A stretch of 63,673 nt of DNA from Elusimicrobia bacterium LH_S2. Its GTDB lineage: Bacteria; CG03; SLGR01; JAGXOG01. Of this stretch, positions 12,001-18,011 are shown in pieces. The position numbers and the translations under genes are program-made. The DNA is taken from the NCBI GenBank assembly GCA_023660015.1, contig JAGXOG010000001.1, forward strand, positions 1 through 63,673, in the 5' to 3' direction. Under the pieces are notes generated by a model. The model made no database searches. It saw only the letters and a program-made list of their open reading frames with translations, and had not been told where the DNA came from. Positions within the stretch are counted from its first letter, which is position 1. Each line of letters opens with the position of its first letter.

Positions 12001-13314
12001 CCCCCCGACTGGAATAATGGTAAAGCCGCGGATACCGGCAAGATGCTTTATTATTTTAAGATAACAGACGGAGACGACGAAACATATCTCTGTAACGCTC
12101 CGAACAATGACCCGCCGGATGTCGTTAATTCAGAAAGTCGGGCGAGCAATAACCCGTATTCTTACAGAGTGCTTCAGGATGATTATTCAAGACCTTATTT
12201 TTATTATGACGGGAGTCAATACAGCGAGGCCGGCTGGAAACCTGCAAATGCCTGGGCATCTGTTTTGGATAGAGTAACTTATAACGGTTATAAAGAGCGC
12301 CCGGCTGAACCGGACAAGAAAGGCGGCAGTCATTCCATAAGGTCAAATTACAGCGTTTCAGCGCGTATATATGATGATATTGAGGCGTTAAAGACCCATG
12401 AGCAGGGCCAGGAACCGTGGGAGTTTTTAAATGCCGGCAAGAAAGGAGAAGACAGCGGAATATATAAAAACGTCGATGGCTGGACATCTGGGGATTGGGG
12501 AAATACCAAACAAGACGGAAGAAGTAATTCCGGTGTTCACGACACCAGGATATATTTTATCATCTCTACTAAGGCAGCGTCTAATTATACCAAATATAAT
12601 TCTACTATCGCTTATTTTAATCCTCCTGTGAGCAATGTCTGGGACGATATGGATGACGATAGAAAGGATGTGTATATACCCAACGAAGCGACTTTCGATA
12701 AGACAGATTATTGGTATGACGGCTTTGCGGGCTCCAATCCCAAGATATTCGATAAATATGATAAAAAAAGAGACGGCTGGGGATATGTGCCTGTTGACAG
12801 TGTCCCCGCCGGCAGCGGAGGAAACGCTTCATTTACTATACAAAAAGACGCAGGCAGTCCCATAGACGAGGCATATATGAATGAAATTAATAATCTGGCG
12901 GTTGATGATTCTACAAGTCCGTGGAGTAGAAAATATGTCTATTACCGCATATACAGCTGTAATGACGACAGTGACCCGATAAAATATCCTGCTACTTCTT
13001 TAAATTTCGGACTCTTTGTCGGCGATGCGGACGACGGTAGTGATACTAATATTAAAAACCAGCACGGCTCGCCGACGAATCCGCTTTCTGAACCGTTTTC
13101 TGATACTTCAAGGGATATTGACAGAGACCACGGCTGGATGATGAATACCCGCTACGGCGGACTTCTTATGAGACCGCCTATGGTTAAAATTACCGCAACA
13201 GTTACTATAAGCGGAATAACAAAGTCAGTCATAACTTATCTTAAGGTTGACCCATCAACCGGGGAGATAGGCGATGTTATATCCACACATATCGGTCCGG
13301 AGGTCGCCGAATAA
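1..13314 (+). CDS. Giant extracellular/cell-surface mosaic protein, 5'-partial (FN3/Ig-like repeats, double-HKD PLD module, two LTD modules, Asp-rich Ca-binding repeats)
   Basis: Frame 1 has no stop from nt 1 to the TAA at 13312-13314, so the first ATG at 118 is probably internal and the gene runs off the 5' edge. The translation shows repeated FN3-like signatures (..TTYYYVVCAADYATNQ.., ..HYYYSVKAYDNAGNYG..) and Ig-like modules of the P.F.W....Q.AYRIQI type. It also has two HKD motifs, two VVINE..W.ELYN/ELRN LTD signatures and DNDGDG..DNDGDGSTDED repeats. Composition is Thr/Ser/Asp/Asn-rich. Confidence 0.85.
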   Translation, partial: KSYSATTSITIWSHDFESYGGYSISTPAFTDGEWDYWGHMDNNGGNPDIYDVDGNLVGDVDGVTNLTNILGNYYFGGNDIDAEGATLPLTLTFDDVDISGYESLVFKVYLADDDPANWETDDYVHFDYDIDNTGTFSDMLHLEADGSSYAAIDTDFDGTGDGTEVTSTFAQSSATISDTGGLIDIKITFDLDNGDDQIYIDSVTIVGPPVTDLYLPGEHSSWDLDSVNEFTDDNMPAGFIKHTSTPTDPQEFKIVKTSWADTNEYSAGYWIDKYDEVWDIPRNDQGDTGNAVWKGAVPPPKCVTVVAKSSETLTGTTESFGFMGTSTDPISIADVSGGTTTVDPDTSVDIDITLSAAKCAEEYVIVRYTADGGNSWDFVTATGTALDYTATVPGQSEGVTVQWYAMTSSSEVPVSPDLMTLSCENNNGSNYSYDVYNLGDSWHVPDNTEPDSVTMRNPKIEIYNGETVYIYNGTRFQNGDNDSDQSGGTLYYKKSTEETWITSEMDYDSTDGDVKYWKTSFVNNYVGGDVVEYCLRIIYSDHDTTFLYGDDANSYRTASTSTAQGSPYTFTVKNSTPTVPGLTAPDGGEIWYVDNTYSITWSSSTDADGEDISYDIDYSSNNGSAWDDITTVNISTATSYSWVIPNTTSTLCLVRIRAFDVNNNYSAFDQSATTFTITENDAPSVTIDSIDGTADASLTGTWHSSNTTVGYTLTDTESDDISITVEYSQDDVSWSSATEGVGSDGTAGLTSSSGGTAHTYVWASTTDLAGVADSTVYIKITPSDAQTGTSDTSSDFGIDNEIPPTPAVPDDGVVAESGNDWTNNNNVTMYWDGTNSSTKAADGSGSGIQNYDFYWDDETPVTGTQTSSGPVVMPDGVHTFYVITRDSVSNITSAQSHTVQVDVTAPDAISDLTADDASDSLAVNLDWSQPSYSDAGIDHYNIYRDTNPISTNADRDVLTPIDTADLTSYTDSSVTAGTTYYYVVCAADYATNQADVSNNPSVVPTAPEPVFLATGYHFEVLFTTGNDVGYESQFNNRLIDLIRSAQSSIDVCAYGINDDDGTDSVDTALIDQHDAGITVRVIVDDDHSDPTDGTGSLADAGITVKQDADSDEMHNKFVIVDNQYLWTGSANFNDPNFSDYDNNAFIISNSSIAANYKAEFDEMWDGTFHGGTSTESQYTIDGWTVENYYGVEDEPVEDTDSYGMRYQVQNAQESVLFGIYTFSGDLDDAYTTLADDMSNAWNNGNGKVVQGVLDDYINSGSDPYSDFDSDGMNVRLWQKDAYDYMHNKYMIIDQEKFITGSANFTHSADDYNDENIIIIHSPIFARQFVRYHNHLHSLTTDEDTAESPAPDTEKPEAITGVSAAGGGPGTLTVSWTEASGKDIAGGAETFSRYYLFCATTSFDTIGLSDGIDNDGDGCADEERLDETDNDGDGSTDEDINILAADVITSSSTTEVDITEDSYNQSLNDDKNYYIAVVMSDEWGNESNMQSYSYYGPVSPGGDAQDVDVTSVSDGTNSATILDGSEYLRDLDSTVDFTLNQDPGANTPELYYDDDADPTDGTSDTASGSGTSWEATISAADANVTDTAHIRLVIKIGTTWYYKTGTTPWSYVVDEASPTNVGCYTPADNATNLATSTDTVALTASDAGAGGIEYYIQIATNIGFTSDLQSSGWQTSKTFSPSLDTNTTYYWHVKARDSLGNESIYCGDADFAGYHQFLTEFNYTPEPGDVVINEVAWAGTNGGGYSDEWIELYNNTSYDIDLAGWDILNSSLDADNLVSSIPAEGYYLIENDEAVVDDITGDLLDASLDLDDAGLDLQLRDASDTIIDEVDSSSEWFAGDTSTPTASMERISPQDDGSVSTNWDDVVNSTPLWNGHDTDGGLICGTPKNQNTQYSPNNPPNAPTLTSPADDSWINDLTPTFEWSFSDPDGGDSQSAYRIQIDNDISFGSVDEDSGKVSLSSESYTSSGLDEDCWYWKVKTWDSYDADSVYSSTYSIKIDTVPPTNASGFSGSPSTNTWSGSSNLNVKWIAGSDELSGLSGYSVKWDTQTATTPDDAVDTTDSDTSDSTKDTFTSDNWYFHIVAVDNAGNVSGAEHYGPYWLDYINPSTATLTASDGTGNDVDLSWTFASDTDSGVSKYRLYRATKTITESNKDASYVTELSTFSIAESSHTDTTTVSGTDYYYCLEIIDKVDNTNLSNNENIQAGYNVLDVWHKPTTQVPAKSVDYRNPSSPEDTDWVEIWIGAASRYELSYATLYYTTNDKEPDEDSSSRNLSWDHDDSGKSFFVTDSSIPAQSDGITVKYMIKCGTTSTTMDDTYIYSDGSGGYEKYGDMSGIPFSYIIGWGVSIVGQYDTGGTEIAYESWTNCTRPVLKIDQTPPSVGVNMCFRLQIDDTDNTFATPEMDIKTGYIEAGTVTYTVGQDADVAYPTATYKSGHEGMTLGEDDSYYWRVISSEASSGNSSPWVKANGGDIAFKIDINNPSKPTNVSALQASNSSADVDLTWSAATDSQSGVAGYIIYRSTYSFSNEANATEIASDITGTSYTDSSTDHDAHYYYSVKAYDNAGNYGLLSTNAEVDTSKKLIDGDKGDWTGTPSDKVNSAVISNGEWIWTDKRWERREDSPENDDVDIKELRIDADADNLYFLVEFENITDTLYPNLAISIDTSRDGSGMDWLGDDSGVTLGDDYYGFLANGERNIVVHHTNDTPAWQIELYADDGSSWYAPPTLGAGRINCNIVNFVEFKITKSDLNIPSGETTFRITATSFYQDQDDTDGSGDGDNNWWANDDDLTDDLTDDTTYDALDSMSVIPISTGSGAGQYYNDKDLTMSSWDEDISDGNIDFWADIYISPLFEIENELPEEVDTPYPPDKGEVSKPAPTLTFVSNGDLDDEVGDAITSYLLELSTFSDDLSGDVTYRVNLDTTSWPVPDDLKLGVNNYWRVSARDKRGALSSASTWTFKCTAANDSPYGPATVDLYGWATSDFTDSTPESADDLQAQVSLSDPADPNSDDINRYEYKWFYKPSGTSDWQLFKSFVSFVDTNTIDSSNTSEYDEWKVFARVEDSNGAWGSWTKSVVRTIRHVNEAPYDVGSLKNQTGSPTPRDMNIVVAATNFDEDNDGSGPIDPDDDGSASDPDGTVNSDNYSVNFYWYKKSEYSGTLTHYKTDTKQIPDSDPGAVVTSTITASETSHGQYWKVAVRTVDEDGAQSSSPNDAGPYYIRTRNPKKTNRSDVVINELLWMGTTDYAGQESVDNPTDQFIELRNLADFDIDITNWKIKNGAGASSNIVISSGTEEFTISANSYFLISTYKENESNISVIPDYITPVDTDHDSAISLNEYYHTTAGSTSTVKVDGATKSSSSGDEVNKYSQERVKYSTTATDISYDYSGEDPDAWDIAVNSVNFDDQIHEKGTPKFENSVSSTAFWHDPNAKEPYSDEWMRIGKSTEGYYANTNDPRKDDLVYFYVGGDPAGVSGGKDLYYMAKNETAGVSWSAQAWIWQNNEFTFGGHDYFTRTSQAGLSHSATDIGTAAVKGNTIEYFFKIEGPSTTTYLGATGSVVPSTPTANPFSYKVYNSPPVAPNNPIFPLNGQVNVSTGPRTLQVYRSTGSLYEHFIDPDDGDSVEEVQYQLSLAWDFSTFVTSGTMSNNGNISEAVDVPLEAGNQYFWRVRGRNSVSDPNSINDDGWGPWCNGNSYWTFSTPGGPRIDNIVYDKRPTTGGGWSNISTGSIVLNNEQVRVKAWVYLGETGAGAGKTALRAYYTIDGSNPNTNYEAGKDNYYFTGEWQENDNDAYGVRYSSYVLIIPEDVHPVESDINIQLSAFDVDGDTIPSAVVFTYTIENKEDNILWRPLKHDNTYATNSTSTVNGASHLIRAIYKDESGDSAYLYLLDENGKNTDNWGINPANYLMNDSDERVDVFAGDSPILYVRTGYKDVDKVELYYNDQDPSGVVWRSEVMISVTGSSDPSDTDLTSAGFNIGGVDVADPYNTDFSASGENQEYRRFKFYVTPTPPPDWNNGKAADTGKMLYYFKITDGDDETYLCNAPNNDPPDVVNSESRASNNPYSYRVLQDDYSRPYFYYDGSQYSEAGWKPANAWASVLDRVTYNGYKERPAEPDKKGGSHSIRSNYSVSARIYDDIEALKTHEQGQEPWEFLNAGKKGEDSGIYKNVDGWTSGDWGNTKQDGRSNSGVHDTRIYFIISTKAASNYTKYNSTIAYFNPPVSNVWDDMDDDRKDVYIPNEATFDKTDYWYDGFAGSNPKIFDKYDKKRDGWGYVPVDSVPAGSGGNASFTIQKDAGSPIDEAYMNEINNLAVDDSTSPWSRKYVYYRIYSCNDDSDPIKYPATSLNFGLFVGDADDGSDTNIKNQHGSPTNPLSEPFSDTSRDIDRDHGWMMNTRYGGLLMRPPMVKITATVTISGITKSVITYLKVDPSTGEIGDVISTHIGPEVAE
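3043..4010 (+). other. Embedded PLD-superfamily (double HKD) catalytic-type module within the giant protein
   Basis: There are two HxK(x4)D(x6)G[ST]xN motifs. HNKFVIVDNQYLWTGSANFN has its His codon at 3340-3342 and HNKYMIIDQEKFITGSANFT at 3856-3858. Their spacing is typical of a bilobed PLD fold. Confidence 0.75.
5179..5600 (+). other. Lamin-tail-domain (LTD)-like module 1 within the giant protein
   Basis: GDVVINEVAWAGTNGGGYSDEWIELYNNTSYDIDLAGWDI...ASMERISPQ matches the canonical LTD pattern (INE..., EWIELYN, L.GW, ..ER). Confidence 0.65.
9670..10110 (+). other. Lamin-tail-domain (LTD)-like module 2 within the giant protein
   Basis: SDVVINELLWMGTTDYAG...DQFIELRNLADFDIDITNWKI...YSQERVKY shows the same LTD pattern as module 1, with a longer insert. 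Confidence 0.6.
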
Positions 13315-13435
13315 ATGCCGGCTGAGAGATATTTTTTACATTTGCGTTTTGATTTTATATAATTGCTTATATGAGAAAATATCTTCTTCTTTTAATTACA
13401 GCGGTTATGCTTTCTTGGTTAATATTTGAGCGGGT

Positions 13436-13864
13436 ATGTTTGATATAGACCGGGGGAAAGTTAAATCCGGTATCAGGATTAACGGCAATGAGAGAGTGCT
13501 TATAGCCATGACCGACAGCGCGGACACTTATAGTACAAAATACAATGATATAAGCGTGGTATCTTATGCTAACCGTAAAAAGCAGAATGTTAATATCATA
13601 GGTTATGGATACGTCGATGGTGAGATATTGCAGTATATAGCTGACAATACCTTTAACGCAGACGGCAATATAGGGAAATATGAGTATACTTCCACAGGGG
13701 ACGAGCTTTATGTGGCGTACCAAAAGATGGTTCCGGAACCTGATACGGATTATATCAAGATAAGATTCAGAAGTTTAAATGAGAAAGCATCTAAAGCTAC
13801 TGTATATCTTTCCTACGGCAATCTCACCTCTTCTTTTTCCGCAGAATATCCGGATACGGAATGA
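13436..13864 (+). CDS. Hypothetical beta-rich protein (142 aa), possibly the body of a secreted protein whose signal peptide lies in another frame
   Basis: ORF from the track with no recognisable family. A 25-codon signal-peptide-like mini-ORF at 13371-13448 overlaps its start in a different frame (see findings). Confidence 0.45.
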   Translation: MFDIDRGKVKSGIRINGNERVLIAMTDSADTYSTKYNDISVVSYANRKKQNVNIIGYGYVDGEILQYIADNTFNADGNIGKYEYTSTGDELYVAYQKMVPEPDTDYIKIRFRSLNEKASKATVYLSYGNLTSSFSAEYPDTE

Positions 13865-13894
13865 CCTTATAATAATTAGTTACAGTCCTACAGT

Positions 13895-13923
13895 TTGAAA
13901 TAACGGATTCCAATGGTTATAAT
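13895..13923 (+). promoter_or_regulatory. Candidate sigma70-type promoter (TTGAAA-17 nt-TATAAT) upstream of the sucrose-phosphate-synthase-like gene
   Basis: TTGAAA lies at 13895-13900 and TATAAT at 13918-13923, with an exact 17-nt spacer. An AAGGAAG Shine-Dalgarno precedes the ATG at 13980. Confidence 0.45.
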
Positions 13924-13979
13924 ATCTATGAAATTTATTATCAATTCTGCAAACAAATTATAAAAGGAAGTAAATAGAT

Positions 13980-15494
13980 ATGATTAAGAAAGATAGCATG
14001 CGGGTTGGTCTGCTCAACCCTCAGGGGCATCTCCGGTGGAATAATTTACAGATTGCCGTTCATCCAGATACCGGGGGACAGACCGTATACATAATTGAAC
14101 TTGCCAAAGAGTTGGAAAAATTGGGTTTGAAGATTGATATTTTTACCCGTTACTTTAAAGACCCGAACTGGCCGGGCTATGACAAAGAAATAGAAGAATA
14201 CTCTGATAATTTAAGGATTGTGCGTATAAAATGCGGCCCGGAAGATAAATTTGTAAGAAAAGAAGACCTTTGGCCGTTTATGAAAGAATATACGGCCGGC
14301 ATTAAAAATTATTATGACAGAGAGGGCGTCTCGCCGGATATTTTTACTTCCCATTATGCAGACGGAGGCCTTGCTGGGGCAATCTTAAAAAAGAGTATGG
14401 GTATTCCCTATACCCATACCGGACATTCCCTCGGCGGGGAGAAGATGGATAAACTTAACTTATCCAGATCAAACTTTGAGTTGATAAACAAAAACTTTAA
14501 TTTTCATTTCAGGATATCCGCCGAAAGAGTTGCTTTTAGGAACGCCGCGGCAATAATATCATCTACCGGTGAAGAAATTTCAAAACAGTACGGTCATCAT
14601 GTCTATAAGGATGCCATAAAGGATAAATCCAAATTTAATATCATCCCCCCCGGCATCGGTCCCGATCAGTTTTTCTCTTATCATAAGGATGAAGAAGAAA
14701 AAAAAATTTATGATAAAGCCGTTAAAAAAGTAAAAAGGGAGATTGCAAAATATATAGATAAAGACAGGAGAGAGCTGCCCTCTGTTTTTTCGGCCGCCCG
14801 GTTTGACGCCAAAAAGAACCCCACAGGCCTGCTTAGGGCATACGCCTCAAGCGAAAGTTTGCAGGAAAACGTCAATGTTATGATAGTAGCCGGGAATATC
14901 GAGGACCCTTTAAATCCTGATAAGAGAGATGAGTTCAAAGAACATGAAAAATTTATTATTGAGGACCTCTCCGATATAGTTAGAAACTGGAATTTAAAAG
15001 GAAGAGTATGTTTTTCCCCGGGATTTGATTATATGGACGAAATGCCCTATGTTTACAGATACGCTGCGCGCAATAAATGGATATTTGTTAATCCCGCTCT
15101 CCAGGAGCCCTTTGGGCTTACCATAATTGAGGCCATGGCGTCGGGGCTGCCTGTAGCAGCCACCCAAAACGGTGGCCCTTCCGAAATACTTGAAGGGGGA
15201 AAACACGGAGTCCTGGTAGAACCGACATTGCCTCATTCTGTGCGAAAAGGGCTGGAAAAACTTCTAATAGCCGGACAGTGGAAGAAGTTTTCAAATGCAG
15301 GGATGGATAGGGTAAAAGAAAAGTTTACATGGGAAACGGCATCAAAAGGTTACCGGGATCTCTTTAAAGAGTTGATAAAAGAGGGGGCTGACAAGTCAGG
15401 AGATTTTAAAATCCCTAAATATTTCACAAAACCGGAAGACAGAAACGATTCAAAGTTGAGAAAAGAACTCAGGCATCTTTATTTTAAAGTATAA
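13980..15494 (+). CDS. Sucrose-phosphate synthase-like glycosyltransferase (GT4), no fused phosphatase domain
   Basis: The N-terminus LLNPQGH...HPDTGGQTVYIIELAKEL and the C-terminus NPALQEPFGLTIIEAMASGLPVAATQNGGPSEIL are hallmark SPS/sucrose-synthase-type motifs. The length of about 500 aa matches stand-alone bacterial SPS. Confidence 0.8.
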   Translation: MIKKDSMRVGLLNPQGHLRWNNLQIAVHPDTGGQTVYIIELAKELEKLGLKIDIFTRYFKDPNWPGYDKEIEEYSDNLRIVRIKCGPEDKFVRKEDLWPFMKEYTAGIKNYYDREGVSPDIFTSHYADGGLAGAILKKSMGIPYTHTGHSLGGEKMDKLNLSRSNFELINKNFNFHFRISAERVAFRNAAAIISSTGEEISKQYGHHVYKDAIKDKSKFNIIPPGIGPDQFFSYHKDEEEKKIYDKAVKKVKREIAKYIDKDRRELPSVFSAARFDAKKNPTGLLRAYASSESLQENVNVMIVAGNIEDPLNPDKRDEFKEHEKFIIEDLSDIVRNWNLKGRVCFSPGFDYMDEMPYVYRYAARNKWIFVNPALQEPFGLTIIEAMASGLPVAATQNGGPSEILEGGKHGVLVEPTLPHSVRKGLEKLLIAGQWKKFSNAGMDRVKEKFTWETASKGYRDLFKELIKEGADKSGDFKIPKYFTKPEDRNDSKLRKELRHLYFKV

Positions 15495-15512
15495 ATTAAG
15501 GAGATAAGTCTT

Positions 15513-16157
15513 ATGTTAGGAGATAAAATAGTAGTTAAACCGCATCATACAAAAGCTGCCGAGAGTGTTTTTAAAAAGATAAAAGACAGAATCCTTAATT
15601 CGTCTGATAGAAAGCGTTTTGCAATTACCGTATCCGGAGAATCCGGCTGCGGCAAATCAGAGATAGGGTCTGAGATATTAAGGTTATTTAAGGAAAACGG
15701 AGCCCGCGGACTTATCTTTCACCAGGATGACTATTTTATATACCCACCCCGGACAAATGATAAAAAAAGAGAAGAAGATATAAATAATGTAGGTATGCGG
15801 GAAGTCAGGATAGACCGGTTTGACGCTGATATAAAAAAAGCAAAAGAAGGCAGAGATAATATTGAAAAACCTCTTATTGATTACAATAAAAATATTATCA
15901 TAACCGAAGAGTATGATGCTTCGGATATAAAAGTTATCGTTGCAGAAGGGACATATACAGCGGCGCTTAAAAACGCTGATATAAAAGTATTTATAGACCG
16001 GGATTACCGGGATACATTAGAGCACCGCCGCGAACGCGGGCGTGATCACTTAAATAACTACACAAAAAAAATACTCCGGATAGAGCATAAAATAATTTCC
16101 GGGCATAAAAAAGACGCAAATATTATAATAAATAAAGATTATAGCGTTGGTAAATAA
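15513..16157 (+). CDS. Uridine kinase / phosphoribulokinase-family P-loop kinase
   Basis: Walker A is VSGESGCGKSEIG. The segment ..HQDDYF.., ..VIVAEGTY.., ..KVFIDRDYRDTLEHRRERGRD matches the Udk/PRK family layout. Confidence 0.65.
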   Translation: MLGDKIVVKPHHTKAAESVFKKIKDRILNSSDRKRFAITVSGESGCGKSEIGSEILRLFKENGARGLIFHQDDYFIYPPRTNDKKREEDINNVGMREVRIDRFDADIKKAKEGRDNIEKPLIDYNKNIIITEEYDASDIKVIVAEGTYTAALKNADIKVFIDRDYRDTLEHRRERGRDHLNNYTKKILRIEHKIISGHKKDANIIINKDYSVGK

Positions 16158-16220
16158 ATTTGACAATAAGTAAGGACTGTATTATTACTTATAAATAGTA
16201 TAGGAAAAGAAGGAGCAAAA

Positions 16221-17054
16221 ATGGATAAAAAATTTAAGTATTATTTTTTAGGATTAGCAGCAGCATTATTATATATTGTTTCGGCGCCGGGATTTAGTTA
16301 TGCGCAGGAAACTGCGGCTGAAAATAGCGCAGATGAAATTAGAGCTTCAAAATCCGTAGATGAGCTTCCCCCCGAACCTGAGGAAACTTCTCAGCCGGCT
16401 GCGCCAAAAACCCCTCCTGTGGTTAAACAAAATATCAAAGAATTAAAAGTGCCGGAAGGCAAAGAGGTTATGCTGGATGTCTATACGGTTAAAAAAGGCG
16501 ATTATCTAAGAAAACTTGCCCGGAAGGAATACGGCGACCATGAACTCTGGGAAGTAATATACGGTTACAATAAATATATTAAAGATCCCCACTGGATATT
16601 TCCGGGGGACAAGATTATCTTTCCCAGGATAGTTGATAAACTTCCCGAAGTTCCTGAAGCCGAAGTTTCTGAAGGAAAACCGGAAGAGGAAAAAGAAGAA
16701 CCGGTAGAGGAGGTCGACGGGCGAGATTATGAAGATTTCCTGGCTCCCGAAGATTTTATGTTTGACGCTACTGTGACGGGATTCAAGGATGCAAATCTCT
16801 TGCAGGCTCAGGGTGATTATCTCTTTATAGATATAGGCAAAAATGACGGTTTAAAAGAAAATAAACGGCTCTATATCTACCGCAAGAGAAGAAGAATAAG
16901 CCACCCATATACAGGCGCTCTCCTGGGGCAGGTTGTGGAAAAAATAGGAGTTGTGCAGGTAACTGCAGATATTGAAACTAAGACTGCAACGGCGCGTATA
17001 ATTTATTCCGATTTTGATGTTAAGAAGGGAGATATGCTCCTTCTAGCTAAATAA
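16221..17054 (+). CDS. Secreted LysM domain protein
   Basis: An N-terminal signal peptide (YYFLGLAAALLYIVSAPGFSYA) is followed by the LysM motif YTVKKGDYLRKLARKEYGDHELWEVIYGYN...IFPGDKIIFP. Confidence 0.75.
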   Translation: MDKKFKYYFLGLAAALLYIVSAPGFSYAQETAAENSADEIRASKSVDELPPEPEETSQPAAPKTPPVVKQNIKELKVPEGKEVMLDVYTVKKGDYLRKLARKEYGDHELWEVIYGYNKYIKDPHWIFPGDKIIFPRIVDKLPEVPEAEVSEGKPEEEKEEPVEEVDGRDYEDFLAPEDFMFDATVTGFKDANLLQAQGDYLFIDIGKNDGLKENKRLYIYRKRRRISHPYTGALLGQVVEKIGVVQVTADIETKTATARIIYSDFDVKKGDMLLLAK

Positions 17055-17079
17055 CCTCTATTTTTTACGCTAAGGGCTG

Positions 17080-17466
17080 ATGTTTAAGAAATTCTTTATA
17101 TTTTGTCTTATAATCGGTGCCGCTATATATTTTACATATAATTTTATTGACAGCGGAAAGTGCAGGGACTTTATAACAGAAAATGCCGATAAAAATTGGG
17201 CGCCGGCGGCAATCTATTATCTGGGTAATTATTTTATTATAGTTCAACAGCAAGATAGGGCAGAAAAGATATACAAAGATGTAATTGAAATATTCCCCGG
17301 AGAGAAATACTATGAAAGGTCGCTTTATAAATATTTTTATTTTGGGGCCGAGCGGAGATCCAAAAAAGAAGCAATAAAAAGGGGCGAGACCTACCTGGAG
17401 GAGTTCCCGGATACCGATAATGCTCAACTGGTGCGAAAACGCATAGAAACCATGAAAAAGTTTTGA
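17080..17466 (+). CDS. Membrane-anchored hypothetical protein (TPR-like helical repeat)
   Basis: N-terminal TM helix FFIFCLIIGAAIYFTY, then a helical repeat-like sequence. The stop overlaps the next start. Confidence 0.5.
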   Translation: MFKKFFIFCLIIGAAIYFTYNFIDSGKCRDFITENADKNWAPAAIYYLGNYFIIVQQQDRAEKIYKDVIEIFPGEKYYERSLYKYFYFGAERRSKKEAIKRGETYLEEFPDTDNAQLVRKRIETMKKF

Positions 17467-18011
17467 AAATTCAAGTTAAGAATAAATTAGTTTTTTTAAT
17501 ATCATTTTTTATATTCTTTTCTTTCTGCTTAAAATTAACGGCAGGAACCATAGAGTCCGGTTCCGTTAAAAATGATTATTACGGGGAGCCGTCAAAGCTG
17601 CAAAATAGCGGTGCTTCTCAAAAAAAAATCTTAAAATTAATTGACAACGCCATAGAGTATTTGGGAACTGCTTATATATACGGGGAAGCTACGGCAAAAG
17701 TCGGATTGGACTGCTCTGGGCTGGTGATGGCGGCATTTAGCGCGGCAGATGTTAAATTACCGCGGACCAGCCGGGGTCAGAAAACAATCGGAAAGAAGAT
17801 AAATTTTGAGGATATACGTCCCGGAGACCTTATTTTTTTTTACGGCCGTGGTTTTGATTCCCGGCGTATTAATCATGTTGGAATCTATCTGGGGAAAGGA
17901 GATTTTATTCATGCCTCCCAGTCCGAAGGTAAAGTGGCTATAGATAATTTAGAGCAAAACAGGTATTACGGCCAAAAAGTTGCCGAAATCCGAAGGATAA
18001 TTAATGAGTAA
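17463..18011 (+). CDS. NlpC/P60 family cell-wall peptidase
   Basis: The catalytic Cys motif GLDCSGLVMAAF and the His motif INHVGIYLG are present. It has a signal/anchor segment and a TTG start overlapping the upstream stop. Confidence 0.8.
   Translation: MKIQVKNKLVFLISFFIFFSFCLKLTAGTIESGSVKNDYYGEPSKLQNSGASQKKILKLIDNAIEYLGTAYIYGEATAKVGLDCSGLVMAAFSAADVKLPRTSRGQKTIGKKINFEDIRPGDLIFFYGRGFDSRRINHVGIYLGKGDFIHASQSEGKVAIDNLEQNRYYGQKVAEIRRIINE

Noticed and set aside
804-12865. About 20 ORFs of 60-120 aa, on the minus strand or in other + frames, lie inside the giant gene (for example 804-1151, 1136-1498, 4835-5194, 9898-10203 and 12125-12487).
   Set aside because: All lie entirely within the 13.3-kb frame-1 ORF, whose translation shows coherent domain signatures. 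Their own translations are low-complexity or basic junk with no recognisable motifs. They are shadow ORFs.
16160-16188. TTGACA-17 nt-TATTAC was considered as a promoter for the LysM gene.
   Set aside because: The -35 is perfect, but the -10 (TATTAC) lacks the conserved final T, and the alternative TATAAA is spaced too far away. It is too weak to report as a feature.
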